A stretch of DNA of 64,000 bases from the NCBI GenBank assembly GCA_963663405.2, contig CAXXSM010000025.1, positions 36,347-100,346 on the forward strand, given 5' to 3'. The position numbers and the translations under genes are program-made. The notes below the pieces were generated by a model. That model was not told the origin of the DNA and searched no databases. It saw only the letters and a program-made list of their open reading frames with translations. Positions 28,877-40,600 of this stretch are shown here, piece after piece (position 1 is the stretch's first letter; each line of letters opens with the position of its first letter). The stretch is from a bacterium (GTDB taxonomy: Bacteria; Hinthialibacterota; Hinthialibacteria; Hinthialibacterales; Hinthialibacteraceae).

Positions 28877-30910
28877 TTAATCCTTCCGTTCGAAAACAAC
28901 GGCGTCCGCTACAATCAATCCTTTTGAATTATCGGTGATGATTTGCACGTATCCATCCCGGCCTTCTTCAAAATCATAGGTTCCGATTTTGCGGTTTTTA
29001 AGCGGCTGCATCCAGACAGTGTCTACCATTGTTCCTGTATCAATCTTTACAAAAAATCCAATGTCTGGATCGATGTTCTCCGCGGGTTGGAAAGGCGTAA
29101 CATTTGTGAAATAGATATCGTATTCGCCTGCAGCGAGATCGGGTTGATAGCGGACGATTTTTCCCTTTGTCTGTTGATGTCCATTCGTCAGATAACTTCC
29201 ACCATATCCATTACACCACGAACTATGAAAACGGGGAGATAACCAGAAGTACGGTGAGACGTAACAATACGGGCTATCCGTGTCAATAACAACACGTTTT
29301 TCAGGCTGGTAGCGGGGAACGGTAAGCTGAACACGAAACACCTGAACGGGATTCAACGCGCCGGGACAAGTCACATTCACCGTCGCGTGGTACACGCCAT
29401 GCTTTGGTTTCATCCTGCTTGCGTCCACGGAAACTATCAGGCGCTGCTGCGCTCCTTCTCCGGTTTTCTCGATTGACAACCATCTTTTGGATTCATGATA
29501 GGTAATAGTTACTTTCGCTGGCGCTAGTTCTGAGGCGCCGGCGCATGACAGCATAAGTATTTTAGGTCTAGGTTTAGGCTGCGTTTTCGGACGGGCGGTG
29601 TAATGCAGTGTATGTGGCAGATCACTGGGAGTACATCCATAAACATCCATGATCTCACTAGGACGATTGAAAAATGACGGTTCCTGTTTGGAGAATAAAC
29701 AAAACGCTGGTTTGTCCGCAGCAGTTCCCGTTATGGTGATATGCTGCGTACAGGAATGGAACTCGGCTCCATCCGCGATCGTAAGCGTTACGGGATAAAG
29801 ACCAGGCTTTGCAAACGCATAGGTTGGATTCGGTTCATTCGAACAGCCGCCGTCGCCGAATGTCCAGCAATAGGTGAGCTGATATCCATATGGCCCAGGC
29901 CGCGATCCCACGCTGGAGAAATTGATCCGCTCTCCTGCTTTTGCGGGTGAAAGCGGGGCTATATGGGCGCGGATCGCTTTGGTTTTCTCTCTGTTGTTTT
30001 CAAAAATCCGCCAAAAGAGAATCCAGGGATCGAGCAGGATTTCGTGTCCTTCTTCTCCGATTTTGAAGACAAAATGAGAATGCGCGTGTGAACCGGTCAG
30101 TTCACCCGCCGCCGCCGCAAAGTGGCTTCCCTGCTTTAATGGCGTATGTTCCGGGACGAGTAATTCAAGCAAATGATGAACCTGAATCGTCCATCGATCT
30201 CCATTCGGCCAGCGCCGAATCGCCCGCCAGCGGTTATTGTTATGACCTTGGTCGATTGAGTTGAAGTAAAAATGATCGTCAAGATCAAACGGCGCCCACA
30301 GCGGAGTTCCGATCGGCATATTGATATCCAATCCACCATGCAGATCAGATCCGAAATATGTCCCCATCCAGACATCATCCCCATTGTAGGCTTCATGAAC
30401 ATCCAGCGCGTTGCCCGTGTTTGGATACCAGGGAGATAAAATCTGTGGGGCGATCGGACGTTCCGCGTCTTGGAAAGCGAAACGAACGTCCTTCTTTGGA
30501 ACGCAATCCCCATGATTTTCATTAAAAAGTTCGCCGATTTGTTTAACGCCATCAAACCAGATCCGCAATCCATTGACAACATACGGCTCATAGAATGATT
30601 CCTGTGTGGGAACGTATCGCAGCATGGTCATTGGCTGTCCATCGATCAAAACACTGCATGTAAATTGATAGACGGTCCCACCTCTAGGCCGGCCTTTTTT
30701 AGTATCCTTCAGATTGGTTAACAACACACGCGCTTGTGTATCAATGATTTCCAAGCGCCTTGTGTCTCCATTATCTAAGGTAAATAGAAGAATATCTCCA
30801 CAATTCATTTCAATGGCTGTCAGAGTGTCTTTCGCCTTACATTGGATTACTTCGGCGTTCGCTGTATTGATGATTAGAATCATGAAAGGGATAAACGCAA
30901 TACGAGTCAT
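28877..30910 (-). CDS. Secreted M23-peptidase-like / PKD / BACON-like / carbohydrate-binding multidomain protein
   Basis: Signal peptide ending ANA|E; LHGGLDINMPIGTP and HAHSHF (HxxxD, HxH); PKD WTFGDG...PGLYPVTLT; C-terminal IVADAVVF. Confidence 0.72.
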   Translation of the reverse strand: MTRIAFIPFMILIINTANAEVIQCKAKDTLTAIEMNCGDILLFTLDNGDTRRLEIIDTQARVLLTNLKDTKKGRPRGGTVYQFTCSVLIDGQPMTMLRYVPTQESFYEPYVVNGLRIWFDGVKQIGELFNENHGDCVPKKDVRFAFQDAERPIAPQILSPWYPNTGNALDVHEAYNGDDVWMGTYFGSDLHGGLDINMPIGTPLWAPFDLDDHFYFNSIDQGHNNNRWRAIRRWPNGDRWTIQVHHLLELLVPEHTPLKQGSHFAAAAGELTGSHAHSHFVFKIGEEGHEILLDPWILFWRIFENNREKTKAIRAHIAPLSPAKAGERINFSSVGSRPGPYGYQLTYCWTFGDGGCSNEPNPTYAFAKPGLYPVTLTIADGAEFHSCTQHITITGTAADKPAFCLFSKQEPSFFNRPSEIMDVYGCTPSDLPHTLHYTARPKTQPKPRPKILMLSCAGASELAPAKVTITYHESKRWLSIEKTGEGAQQRLIVSVDASRMKPKHGVYHATVNVTCPGALNPVQVFRVQLTVPRYQPEKRVVIDTDSPYCYVSPYFWLSPRFHSSWCNGYGGSYLTNGHQQTKGKIVRYQPDLAAGEYDIYFTNVTPFQPAENIDPDIGFFVKIDTGTMVDTVWMQPLKNRKIGTYDFEEGRDGYVQIITDNSKGLIVADAVVFERKD

Positions 30911-30991
30911 TTGTGATATCTCCAAGAGTTTGGCGCTGCAGGTTTCGTTTCTTCCTTTTGGAAATCGAATAATAATTAAATGAAAAATTGC

Positions 30992-31020
30992 TTGACAAGG
31001 TTCGTCTATTCTGTGAGAAT
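30992..31020 (+). promoter_or_regulatory. Sigma70-like promoter
   Basis: TTGACA-N17-GAGAAT with an extended TG, upstream of the AAGGAG RBS. Confidence 0.5.
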
Positions 31021-31063
31021 CGACACTTTGATCACATCATATAGTTTGAAAAGGAGAATAGCA

Positions 31064-31873
31064 ATGCTGAAATGGGAGAAGCATTTTACACTTTTTTTGT
31101 TGATAAGTGGTATCTTTTTTTCTACTGGAATTGGGGCGCCAGCCGCGGAGAAAGAGGAAGAAACAAGTTATTTCTGGGTGATAGAGGCAACCATTAAACC
31201 GGACAGTATTGAATCGTATATTTCAAACAAGACGGCGCTCGTTGAATTGATGAAAGAAAACGAATTTCATTTTAGTGTATTTACCTACTCGGATAGTTTC
31301 GAATTTTTAACCGTCATTCCTTTTGAGGAATTTGAAGAATTGGATGAATCGGATGAGTATTGGAACGATCTCTTCGAAAAAGTTGGTCAAGAAAAAATAA
31401 AAACGCTAAGTGATGGAATCAACAAATGCATAGATTACTCCAACCAATATATTGTAAAAAGCATACCGGAACTGGATTACTGGCCAAACGATTTTGAGTT
31501 GGCGGGCAATTCGGATGAAACGTCCAGTTATTTTGTCATAGAAAAGTATCATATAAAATCGGATGCGGTCAACGAAGTGAAAGAGATCGGAAAAAAACTG
31601 ATCGCGTTGAAAAAAGAGAAACATTCGCCCGTTCCCAATCTAACGTTTGAACAAGTCGCAGGCGAAGATCTTCCATGTCTTATTGCGTTAATGCCCGCGA
31701 AGAGTGAAGCGCAATTCATTGAAATGGGGCAAAAACATCTGGAAGTCATGGGAGATGAGTTTATGAAAATCCTTGCGGAGGCGAGGCAGTATCTTCGTTC
31801 TGTGGAAACATTGCGTTACCAATCCCAACCCAAAATGACCTATGTGAATAATGATGATGACAACAACGAATAA
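31064..31873 (+). CDS. Secreted hypothetical protein (tandem NIPSNAP/dimeric alpha-beta barrel-like)
   Basis: AAGGAG RBS; signal peptide; two similar halves (SYFWVIEATIKPD / SYFVIEKYHIKSD). Confidence 0.7.
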   Translation: MLKWEKHFTLFLLISGIFFSTGIGAPAAEKEEETSYFWVIEATIKPDSIESYISNKTALVELMKENEFHFSVFTYSDSFEFLTVIPFEEFEELDESDEYWNDLFEKVGQEKIKTLSDGINKCIDYSNQYIVKSIPELDYWPNDFELAGNSDETSSYFVIEKYHIKSDAVNEVKEIGKKLIALKKEKHSPVPNLTFEQVAGEDLPCLIALMPAKSEAQFIEMGQKHLEVMGDEFMKILAEARQYLRSVETLRYQSQPKMTYVNNDDDNNE

Positions 31874-31959
31874 TTTAGTCGTAAATTAAGTTTATAATAA
31901 AAAGCGGATCTAGTTATCAATGACTTGGATCCGCTTTTTCAATTTAGGGAACCGATCGA

Positions 31960-32210
31960 TTTTAAGCGAATAGTAATTGTGGTTTTGTTTTAAGCGGTGG
32001 TAATTGCGATTGTTCCATAGGCGAGACTGGTTTGGATGGGGATTGAGAGCGGTGTTTTCAAAAATGATGACTTTATTGTCTACCAGCACAATGATTTCTT
32101 CTCTCCAATCACCGTATACATCCGCCACAAGGATCCCTCCAACGCTGTCTTCGGGCGCGGGAATATTGAGAGGTAAGATCCGTTTTCAGCGGAAAAACTG
32201 ACTGTTCCAA
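31960..32210 (-). pseudogene. 3' remnant of an FG-GAP/rhamnogalacturonan-lyase-like protein
   Basis: ADVYGDWREEIIVL...NYHRLKQNHNYYS, with no intact upstream ORF or start. Confidence 0.55.
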
Positions 32211-32398
32211 GCGATAACGGGATGATGGTGAAACCGTATAGCGCGATCCAACATTTCGTTATTGTTTCCCCTATTTTTTTTCTTTGGTAAGTGATACATA
32301 CATTTTTATAGATAGATGGACTTTCTTTCAAGTAAGACGATTGGTATTTTTACATTCTTAATTTTGAAGTATGAAATCTATCCCAACAGGAGTGTAAA

Positions 32399-34009
32399 AT
32401 GTTTCATCAACAGACGCATCGTTTTATATTCACAACGCATCAAGCCACCATTTTTTTTCTCTTTGTATCCCTGGCCAACCCATGTGTATATGGCGAACCT
32501 GCGTTAGATGAAATCCTTCAGGGGTGTCAATATCTCCAGGCAGGGGATATTCCAGAAGATTTATTTGAACCGCCGGTTCAGACCGTTTTTGTGGCTCCAG
32601 AATCGTTGAATGGCAACGATCAGAATGACGGACTTACAATTGATACGCCTTTCGAACACATCTCTATCGCGATTGATTATGTTAACAAACATCCGGATAC
32701 ACCCTACACAATCTATCTCCGGGAGGGAATATATTATTTTAAAGATCCTGCCGTTCACAGCGAGAATCCTTATATACAAATTGAACGGGGCAATTTATAT
32801 ATAACACCTTATCAAAACGAATCTGTCACGATTCGTTCTTTCACTTGGCCAGGATATCCCACTGAGTGGGGAGATGAAACCGCGTTTGACATTAATGGCC
32901 CTTATGAAAACATCACGTTTGATGGTTTGCGTTTTGAGGGATGGTTAGTGATTTTTTACCTGGGCTCGGATGTCAATCCTCCGTTAAAAAATATCACGAT
33001 AAAAAATTGTTCCGCCTCGGAATTCAGAACCCGAAACAATGAGCCGAATTGGTCACTCCAATTTCTCGAAACCGCCTATTTAGGCACGAATGTCTATGGA
33101 GAAGGGAAAGTCATATTTGATGATCCCGAAACAGCGCATTATCAGATTGAGAACCTGAATATATCGAATATCACTGTGGAGGGAGTGGATATCGGGATCA
33201 ATGTTGGGGATGAAAACGACGCCAACGTCAAAGGCATGCGGATCAGTCATTTCTACGTGCAAAATCCCACGAACGAATCGGGCAATAGCGCGTCTGACGC
33301 GATCGCGATTGTCAATTCCTATAAAATCCTAATAGATCATTGCCGTATTGTGAATATTGATGATGATGGCATCGATACCAAATCGTATGATGTCTCCGTC
33401 GTCAACACGTATGTGGAAGGAACAGGCCGCAACGCGATCAAATTTTGGCGCAACGGTGAAATCATAAATACGATTATGTATCGTTGCACCTCGATTAACG
33501 ATGGCGCCCTAATCATTGAAGAAGGGCCTTTTCGAATGATTAATAGCGTCCTCTATGAACATCCAATTGGATATGCGGCCACATACGCGTATGATTTTTC
33601 GGCGCCAATAGACACTACGATGGAAATAGTAAATTCGGTTATTGGACGAGTGAAAAGTTTTTATATCAATACCACCGACTATCAGATAACTTCCAATCGA
33701 TTTGTTTATATGGTTGATGACAGCGCATTGTTCAGCGGTCAATTGACAGCCGAGACGATTGAGCAGTTGAATGCGGCGCCCAATTGCATGGATAATGGAA
33801 TAACTGAATTGCAATTCCAAGCGCCCGAAGAGGGGAATTTCTCACTCACAGAAGGAAGCGCCTGGATCGACGCAGGACGTACTGACGGTGTGTTGTTGCC
33901 ATCATTCGACATGATTGGAAATCCCCGGATTTCTGGAACAAGTATCGACATTGGGCCGATTGAATCTTTTGGAAATGATTCGAGTCTTAATTGTTGGATG
34001 GTCTTTTAA
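32399..34009 (+). CDS. Secreted right-handed beta-helix protein with a choice-of-anchor Q-like tail; C-terminus SSLNCWMVF
   Basis: AGGAG RBS; FVAP..GND.NDG...PF; IYLREG.Y; DDGID.K; NFSL..GS..IDAG...D..GNPR....DIG..E. Confidence 0.85.
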   Translation: MFHQQTHRFIFTTHQATIFFLFVSLANPCVYGEPALDEILQGCQYLQAGDIPEDLFEPPVQTVFVAPESLNGNDQNDGLTIDTPFEHISIAIDYVNKHPDTPYTIYLREGIYYFKDPAVHSENPYIQIERGNLYITPYQNESVTIRSFTWPGYPTEWGDETAFDINGPYENITFDGLRFEGWLVIFYLGSDVNPPLKNITIKNCSASEFRTRNNEPNWSLQFLETAYLGTNVYGEGKVIFDDPETAHYQIENLNISNITVEGVDIGINVGDENDANVKGMRISHFYVQNPTNESGNSASDAIAIVNSYKILIDHCRIVNIDDDGIDTKSYDVSVVNTYVEGTGRNAIKFWRNGEIINTIMYRCTSINDGALIIEEGPFRMINSVLYEHPIGYAATYAYDFSAPIDTTMEIVNSVIGRVKSFYINTTDYQITSNRFVYMVDDSALFSGQLTAETIEQLNAAPNCMDNGITELQFQAPEEGNFSLTEGSAWIDAGRTDGVLLPSFDMIGNPRISGTSIDIGPIESFGNDSSLNCWMVF

Positions 34010-34185
34010 CCAAAAAAATGGGGAAAAGACGAAACTTTTAATGTTCATCAACAGATATAGGTATTGACTGGCTTGCCATGTCCAAAATAAAGATGTGTTT
34101 CGTCTTGAATGCCCTTTTTTTCCTGCTATATCTTATTGAGACGTAAGTGTTTTCAATTGTAGTGCGTTTGAGGGGATTAAAAACG

Positions 34186-34608
34186 ATGGAATACAATAGA
34201 GAAAAAGTGGAAGAAATACAAAATCAGGAAACGATATTCGAAGAAAAAGATACTTTGGAATACGATATTCTATCGACCGCGAATTCCGTTGTCCAGTTTG
34301 GAACGCTTTCGATTCTTGCCGCAGGTCTGCTCGCGATCGTGTCCGCCTTTTTTGTCTCTTCATGGCTGCAAACTATTCTTTGCTTGCTCTTGGCGTATGG
34401 ATTGATTTTTCCCGGCACATTGGTTTTTCGCTTAATCTTTCTTATGAGTAAGACTCTATCTGACATCCGAAGTTCTCTACGATCAATAGAACATGAATTA
34501 GTAAAACAACAAATGAATAACGATTTGTTCGAAATTATCACGAAGAATACTCCTCGCCCGGAACCCCGCCGGAAACGAAGAAATAAACCGGAAAAACTGG
34601 TTCCCTGA
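34186..34608 (+). CDS. Hypothetical two-TM membrane protein
   Basis: GAGGGG RBS; two hydrophobic helices and a basic tail. Confidence 0.65.
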   Translation: MEYNREKVEEIQNQETIFEEKDTLEYDILSTANSVVQFGTLSILAAGLLAIVSAFFVSSWLQTILCLLLAYGLIFPGTLVFRLIFLMSKTLSDIRSSLRSIEHELVKQQMNNDLFEIITKNTPRPEPRRKRRNKPEKLVP

Positions 34609-34624
34609 AATGGAGATGCGTATA

Positions 34625-35281
34625 TCACGCGGATGATTGAACTTGATACACGCCGGAGTAGATAATCCGCCCTTCTTTGCGCCATTTGATTTCGTAATGG
34701 GTGGCGTCCCCGTTGGCTTCTTCAAAGTATTGAATCGGTTCATCGGCAGCCGTGTTTTCAATTTCCTGGAAAAGACCGCTGGTGATGATACGTTCGCGCG
34801 CGTCCGTAAAATAATCAGCGGAATCGCTTTTCAAATAGAGAATTCCATCCTCGATCAGAGTTTCCGCCATTTTTTCGATGAGGCGGGGATTGAAGAGGCG
34901 TCTTTTCTGATGCCGGTCTTTCGGCCAGGGATCGGGGAAATAGACGTGATAGGCGGTGACGCTTTTGGGGCGGACAAGGAGTTTGACAACCATGTCCGCA
35001 TTGAGACAGAGAAACGCGTAGTTCGGCCGTTGCGCGCGGGCGGCGCGGGATAACGCGATCCTGAGATATTTGAGAGAGCGTTCGATGCCGAGAAAATTGG
35101 TTTCCGGTCTTTTTAATGACTCTGCGAGAATAAACCGCCCTTTCCCCGTCCCGATCTCAATCTCCACCGGGTTGGTGTTCCCAAAAATGCTTTCGAAATC
35201 GAGCGTTTCATCGATGGAGCCTGGAGAAATTAAATAACTCTCCATCTCCGGATTGTATTCATAAACAGTTTTTGCGCACAT
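34625..35281 (-). CDS. trmB: tRNA (guanine-N7)-methyltransferase
   Basis: EIGTGKG, FLGIE, FPDPWPKDRHQKRR, KSD, THYE.K. Confidence 0.95.
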   Translation of the reverse strand: MCAKTVYEYNPEMESYLISPGSIDETLDFESIFGNTNPVEIEIGTGKGRFILAESLKRPETNFLGIERSLKYLRIALSRAARAQRPNYAFLCLNADMVVKLLVRPKSVTAYHVYFPDPWPKDRHQKRRLFNPRLIEKMAETLIEDGILYLKSDSADYFTDARERIITSGLFQEIENTAADEPIQYFEEANGDATHYEIKWRKEGRIIYSGVYQVQSSA

Positions 35282-35292
35282 AGATAAGGTAT

Positions 35293-35347
35293 TTAGATCA
35301 TAAGGCTGAAGATGGAAGGTTTTTGCCTTCGGTCTTCGACCTTCGGA
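35293..35347. repeat. 7-bp periodic GAAGGYT element with an inverted CCTTCGG arm (family also at 42942 and 59281)
   Basis: TAAGGCT GAAGATG GAAGGTT...CCTTCGG TCTTCGA CCTTCGG. Confidence 0.55.
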
Positions 35348-35448
35348 TTGTTTGCATTTAATGGCAGATTTTTACGAATCTTGCAAACCTGCGCTTTCAT
35401 TATATTCGATCCATTCGTAAAAGCGGAACCGGTCTATTGTTATCAAAT

Positions 35449-35478
35449 GAAAATCCGCCCCATAATGGAGCGGATTTC
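35449..35478 (-). terminator. Probable intrinsic terminator
   Basis: GAAATCCGC...GCGGATTTTC hairpin downstream of 35522..35785(-). Confidence 0.5.
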
Positions 35479-35521
35479 GATTCAGTCAAAATTGTATGCG
35501 AACAAGCTTAGGATTGAATAA

Positions 35522-35785
35522 TCAATCCCAGCGCCGGATTCGACTTCGTTTTAACGCCAATAACCGATTGGATTCCTCCTCACTGAGATCGTGGCGTTGA
35601 GACAATGTGAGACATCGCTGAATGTACCATTCCCGTGTTCGAATCGGTTCCGCGCGGAGCGAATTGTTCTTTTTTCCGGATTGAATAAGCAGGAACAAAG
35701 AACAGACCACGCCTAATAACGCCAAGATTACTACGACTCCGTGTAGCCCGGCGCCTGCGGCAATCGAAGCAAACGAGCTAACCAT
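35522..35785 (-). CDS. Small hypothetical membrane protein
   Basis: GAAAGG RBS; one TM helix followed by a basic tail. Confidence 0.5.
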   Translation of the reverse strand: MVSSFASIAAGAGLHGVVVILALLGVVCSLFLLIQSGKKNNSLRAEPIRTREWYIQRCLTLSQRHDLSEEESNRLLALKRSRIRRWD

Positions 35786-36179
35786 GTTTGTAACTACCTT
35801 TCTGGATCAGTATCCAAACTTTCTCTTTCACCAATTTTTTTCTCTTCTCCACCCTTAATGGAGCAAAATATATACCAAACCAAAAACAAAAACATAACAT
35901 TAATAAATTCAGTATATTGAATCCATGTATTAGAGTACAGTTACTATCAATTCAGTCGTAAAATCTCACTTTGGAACAGAAGTGGTGAGAGAATACTCTG
36001 TTTAAACGCTCTTGTGAACTGTGTTCATTTATTCTTTTGTTAACGTATTGTTAATTAGTAAGTTATGTTCTAACATGGTAATTGAAACAGGAAAGAACTT
36101 ATACTCGAACCTTTTTTCAACGGCCGGTTTCCTGTTTTCTAATCTACGATTTGATTGATAGATTTATGGTATACAAAGG

Positions 36180-37577
36180 ATGAAGATGAAGATTCATAAC
36201 GCAGTATTTAAACCTACTCTTCGCTTCCTCATAACAGGGATTGTTTTGCTGTGGGGATTATGGCCTGTTAATATATGGTGTGAAGAGAATGACCTGAATG
36301 CGCAGAAAGTTGAAACAGCGCTGCGAAAAGCGTTGTCATATATGGAAACGCTGCAACGCAACGGCGGATGGGCGATGTGTTGGACGGAGGATTTGAAATA
36401 CACGTATGGGGAATTTCGAATCCGTCCATTCGATATCATCACCGTCCAGCCACCGGCGACACCCAGTTGCGGGGGAGCGTTCTTGCGAGCGTACCAAATT
36501 CTCAACGATCAAGAGTATTTGGAACGGCCCTGCGCCGCCGGGGACGCTTTGATCGCCGGCCAGCTCGATTGTGGAGGATTTCCTCACGAATTCACACCGG
36601 GGAGTTCCAAAAAGGGATCGGGGACATTTGATGACAATGTAACGCAAGGCGCGTCCCGGTTTTTCGTTGAACTCTGGCGTGTCAGCGGCGAAGAGCGGTA
36701 TAAAAAAGCGGCGCTGCGTTGTGCGCAGTTTATCCTGGATTCACAATATGAGAATGGTGGTTTCCCACAAGCCTATCCGCTTCAGAAAGGATATTCACAG
36801 TACATCACATTGAACGACCGCGCGATGATGGACGCGATCCGGACACTATATTTCTTTTATGAAACCTTTGGCGATGAACGGTACGAGCAAGCCGCGCGGC
36901 GGGGGGCTGATTGTCTACTCGACCTACAGGGCAAACCTCCCCAGGCGGGATGGGCGCAGCAATTCACCGCGCAGGGAGAACCCGCCCCGGCCCGCCGGTT
37001 TGAGCCGGTGGCTCTTGTAACGGCGGAATCAATGGACGCGCTTCGATTGCTGCTGGAGGTGTACCTTAAAACCGGGGATAAGAAATATCTTAAAGCGGGT
37101 CCGCCCGCATTTGCTTGGATGAAACAATCACGGCTGCCGAATGGGCGATGGGCGCGGTTTTACGAATATGGGAGCAACCGGCCGATCTACAGCACAGCGG
37201 ATGGAACGATTGTCTTCGACGTCAACCAAGCGCGACCTGGTTATGGTTGGCAGGGAAATTATTTCAGCCCGGATTTAGAAAAGCAATATGAAACCTTCCT
37301 CCAAGCTCCTTCGGAGAAGCGGCGCGAACTCGAGAAGAAACCCAAACCACCCTCTCGTGAAACGTTATCGAAAAGAGCGCAATCCGCGATGAATCGTATG
37401 GACAACCAGGGACGCTGGCTCTCTCCCATGAGGGGAAGCGTGAAGACATTTTACCAAGAAAAAGAAGGAGAGGGAAAGAGCATTTCTATCCTTCATTCGG
37501 GTATGTTCGTTTCTAACGCAAACGCCCTGCTCGATTTTCTTGATCCTTCAATAGGAAGAGAATCAACGGAAAAATGA
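36180..37577 (+). CDS. Pectate lyase family PL10 (PelA-like), secreted
   Basis: TFDDNVT, QYENGGFPQAYP, ITLND.AM, GWAQQ, PARRFEP, WARFYE. Confidence 0.88.
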   Translation: MKMKIHNAVFKPTLRFLITGIVLLWGLWPVNIWCEENDLNAQKVETALRKALSYMETLQRNGGWAMCWTEDLKYTYGEFRIRPFDIITVQPPATPSCGGAFLRAYQILNDQEYLERPCAAGDALIAGQLDCGGFPHEFTPGSSKKGSGTFDDNVTQGASRFFVELWRVSGEERYKKAALRCAQFILDSQYENGGFPQAYPLQKGYSQYITLNDRAMMDAIRTLYFFYETFGDERYEQAARRGADCLLDLQGKPPQAGWAQQFTAQGEPAPARRFEPVALVTAESMDALRLLLEVYLKTGDKKYLKAGPPAFAWMKQSRLPNGRWARFYEYGSNRPIYSTADGTIVFDVNQARPGYGWQGNYFSPDLEKQYETFLQAPSEKRRELEKKPKPPSRETLSKRAQSAMNRMDNQGRWLSPMRGSVKTFYQEKEGEGKSISILHSGMFVSNANALLDFLDPSIGRESTEK

Positions 37578-37693
37578 GAATTGAATGACAAAGTGTGTTT
37601 GATATTATATTTTGTTTTAAAAAAAATGCGGTGTCATTTTCAGATTGGGTTTCGAACCGCCTTTCCCTGAAAAATCAATTAAAGGAGTGAATA

Positions 37694-40600
37694 GTGAAAC
37701 ATCTATCCCGTATCTTTCCTTTCTTCATCGTTACAATGATTGTTCCCATCGTTCAAAGCGCCGTTGTGATCAATGAAATCATGTATCACCCAAGTACGAA
37801 TGGAGACAACGAAGAATATATCGAATTGTTTAATACAAGCGCTGAACCAGCCGATCTGACAGGATGGACATTTAGTGATGGGATCGATTTCGATTTCCCC
37901 GATGGAACAATGATTGAAGGGGAAAGTTATCTTCTTGTATGCCGGAATGAATTGGCAATACGAGACCGGTACATGATCGATAACCTTAATCTTACAACCG
38001 GTAATTTCGCCCCATCAAAACTCTCCAATGGAGGAGAACGCATCACGCTTTACGACGCAAACGGTGAAGAGGTAGACCGTGTGAGCTACAACGATAGTTC
38101 TCCCTGGCCTCCAGCGGCGGATGGACAAGGAGCGTCGTTGGAACTCGTTCATCCATTGGCGGATAACAACAACGTTCTCTATTGGCGCGCAAGTTATACT
38201 CCTACTCCGGGTAGAGTGAATTCGTGGATTACGGATGTGGTTCCTCCCCGGATCACTTCGATCTCACGAACGCCACAGGTCCCATCTGACAGCGATCCAG
38301 TTACGATTGACGTTCAATTCGCTGAAGGGGATGAAATCCAGTCGGTGATTCTTTCCTATACGGTTGACGGATCCGTTACAGAAAAAATTACGATGAATCC
38401 CAGAGATGGCCAGTATATCGCAAACCTGCCCGTACAAACGGATGGAACCGTGGTGGAATACTGGATCACCGCAACGAATACCGCTGGATTCAGTATTATC
38501 TCACCAATCGATACGATGGAGAGAGCGTACGTCTATCAAGTCGACAATACACCACCCGCCCCCGGTTCCGTTGTAATCAATGAGATTATGTACAACAATC
38601 CCACGTCTTCCGATGAGGATCTGGAATGGGTGGAATTGTACAATCCATCCGTAAGTGAACTCGATCTTTCGTACTGGACATTGAGAGACTCTGAAGACCT
38701 TCACGTATTCCGTTTTCCGGCAGGAACCTTGATTCCCGCGAATGGATATTTCTTAATCGCGAGAACGAAAGCGTCCTACTGGACCGCGCCTGCTTTGGAT
38801 GGCTTGTCTTTTTCGTTGGATGACAATGGGGATCAGGTTCGTCTCTTTGATCCCAACGGCTGTTTGATCGCCGAGGTGGAATACAACGATAGCGGCGAAT
38901 GGCCGGAAGGCGCGGATGGAGAAGGCGGCTCACTTGAATTGCTGCAGGTCTCCCGTCCCAACGGCGCTCCCAGCAACTGGGCTGTCTCCGGACTCGGTGG
39001 CACTCCCGGATTACCCAATGCGCATGCGGTTACGGATTCCGCGTATCATGATTACAGCGTAATGATTAACGAGATCTTCTATCATCCCGAAGATGAAGAA
39101 ACCGATGACAATCTGGATTTGGAATATATTGAGTTATACAACAATCATCCAGAAGCGGTGGATTTAAGCGGCTGGTATTTCTCCCGTGGGATAGAATTTC
39201 ACTTCCCGGAAGGCGCGTCGATTCCTGGAAATGGCTATCTCCTGGTTTGCCGCAACACCGGCCGTTACCCGAACGTTCCGAATCGAATCGGTAATTATTC
39301 ATTGCAGCTGAACAATGGCGGGGAAGCGCTGGCGTTGACGAATGATCTCGGTGTTGTTGTGGATTATGTCGATTATAACGATCAACCACCGTGGCCGGTT
39401 CTTCCTGATGGAGAAGGCCACTCGCTGGAATTAATCAGCCCGATAGCGGATAATACCGCCGCGCAATATTGGCGTAACGGACAGCCGATGAGTCCAGGCG
39501 CTCAAAACGCTGTCTATATGAATAATACACCACCACGCATTACCCGCGTCCAGCATACACCCGAATTTCCCGCGGCTGCAGTGAGTGAAGACCGCACGGA
39601 ATACAATACAATTGTCGAAGTGGGAGATTCCTGGCGATATTTCAAAGGAACCTCAGCCCCGCCCAGCGATTGGAACAACATAGATTTCAATGATTCCGCA
39701 TGGGATGAAGGACCCTCTGGTTTTGGGTATAGTGATAATGACGATGCGACTGAATTGAATGATATGCAGAATCAGTATGTCAGCGTGTATATCCGGACGA
39801 GTTTTGAGGTTAGTGATCTAACAGGTTATACATTTATGACTTTAGGCATGGATTATGATGATTCATTCATCGCCTATCTTAATGGTGTGGAAGTCGCGCG
39901 GTCCAATGTTAGTGGTTCCCCTCCCGCGTTCGATCGAACCGCCGATGGCAATCACGAAGCGGGCGCGATGGAATCGTTCGATCTCACGAATTATCTTCCA
40001 CTGCTCCAATCCGGGTCAAATGTTCTTGCGGTGGAAGGGCATAACACGTCTTTGACCAGTTCTGATTTTTCATTGATTCCCCAATTGGAAACCGGGCGCG
40101 TAATTCCTGCGGAAGAAGGTGGTTCCAGCAAAGTGGTCATCACCGCGCGCATCCGGGATGATGATGGGATTTCAGAAGCGGTTCTGCACTATCAGCGTCT
40201 CACTTCTCCCCTTGGCGCGGGATTGATCTTGATGGACTGGGAGAGCGTTCCCCTCTATGATGACGGGACTCACGGGGATCAAACCGCAGGTGATTCCTAT
40301 TATTCTTTCACATTTACCGATGCGGAAAAACTCGAGCCATACGATATATGGCGCTACAAGATTTCCGCGAAAGACACTTTAGGGAACGAAGCCATCCTTC
40401 CCCTCCAAGATGAGCTGACAAGACATTACGCGTTCTTCGTCGAAGATTTATCGAACGCGCCCGATTTTCCCACCACCTATCTCTTTATGGAAAGCAGTGT
40501 ATTAAGTTGGCTGAACCGTAATGTGGAATCGAATGTCGAACAGCCTTGTATCGTGGTCATGGATGGGGAAGTCTTCGATCTCTACCACGGCGGAGGTGTT

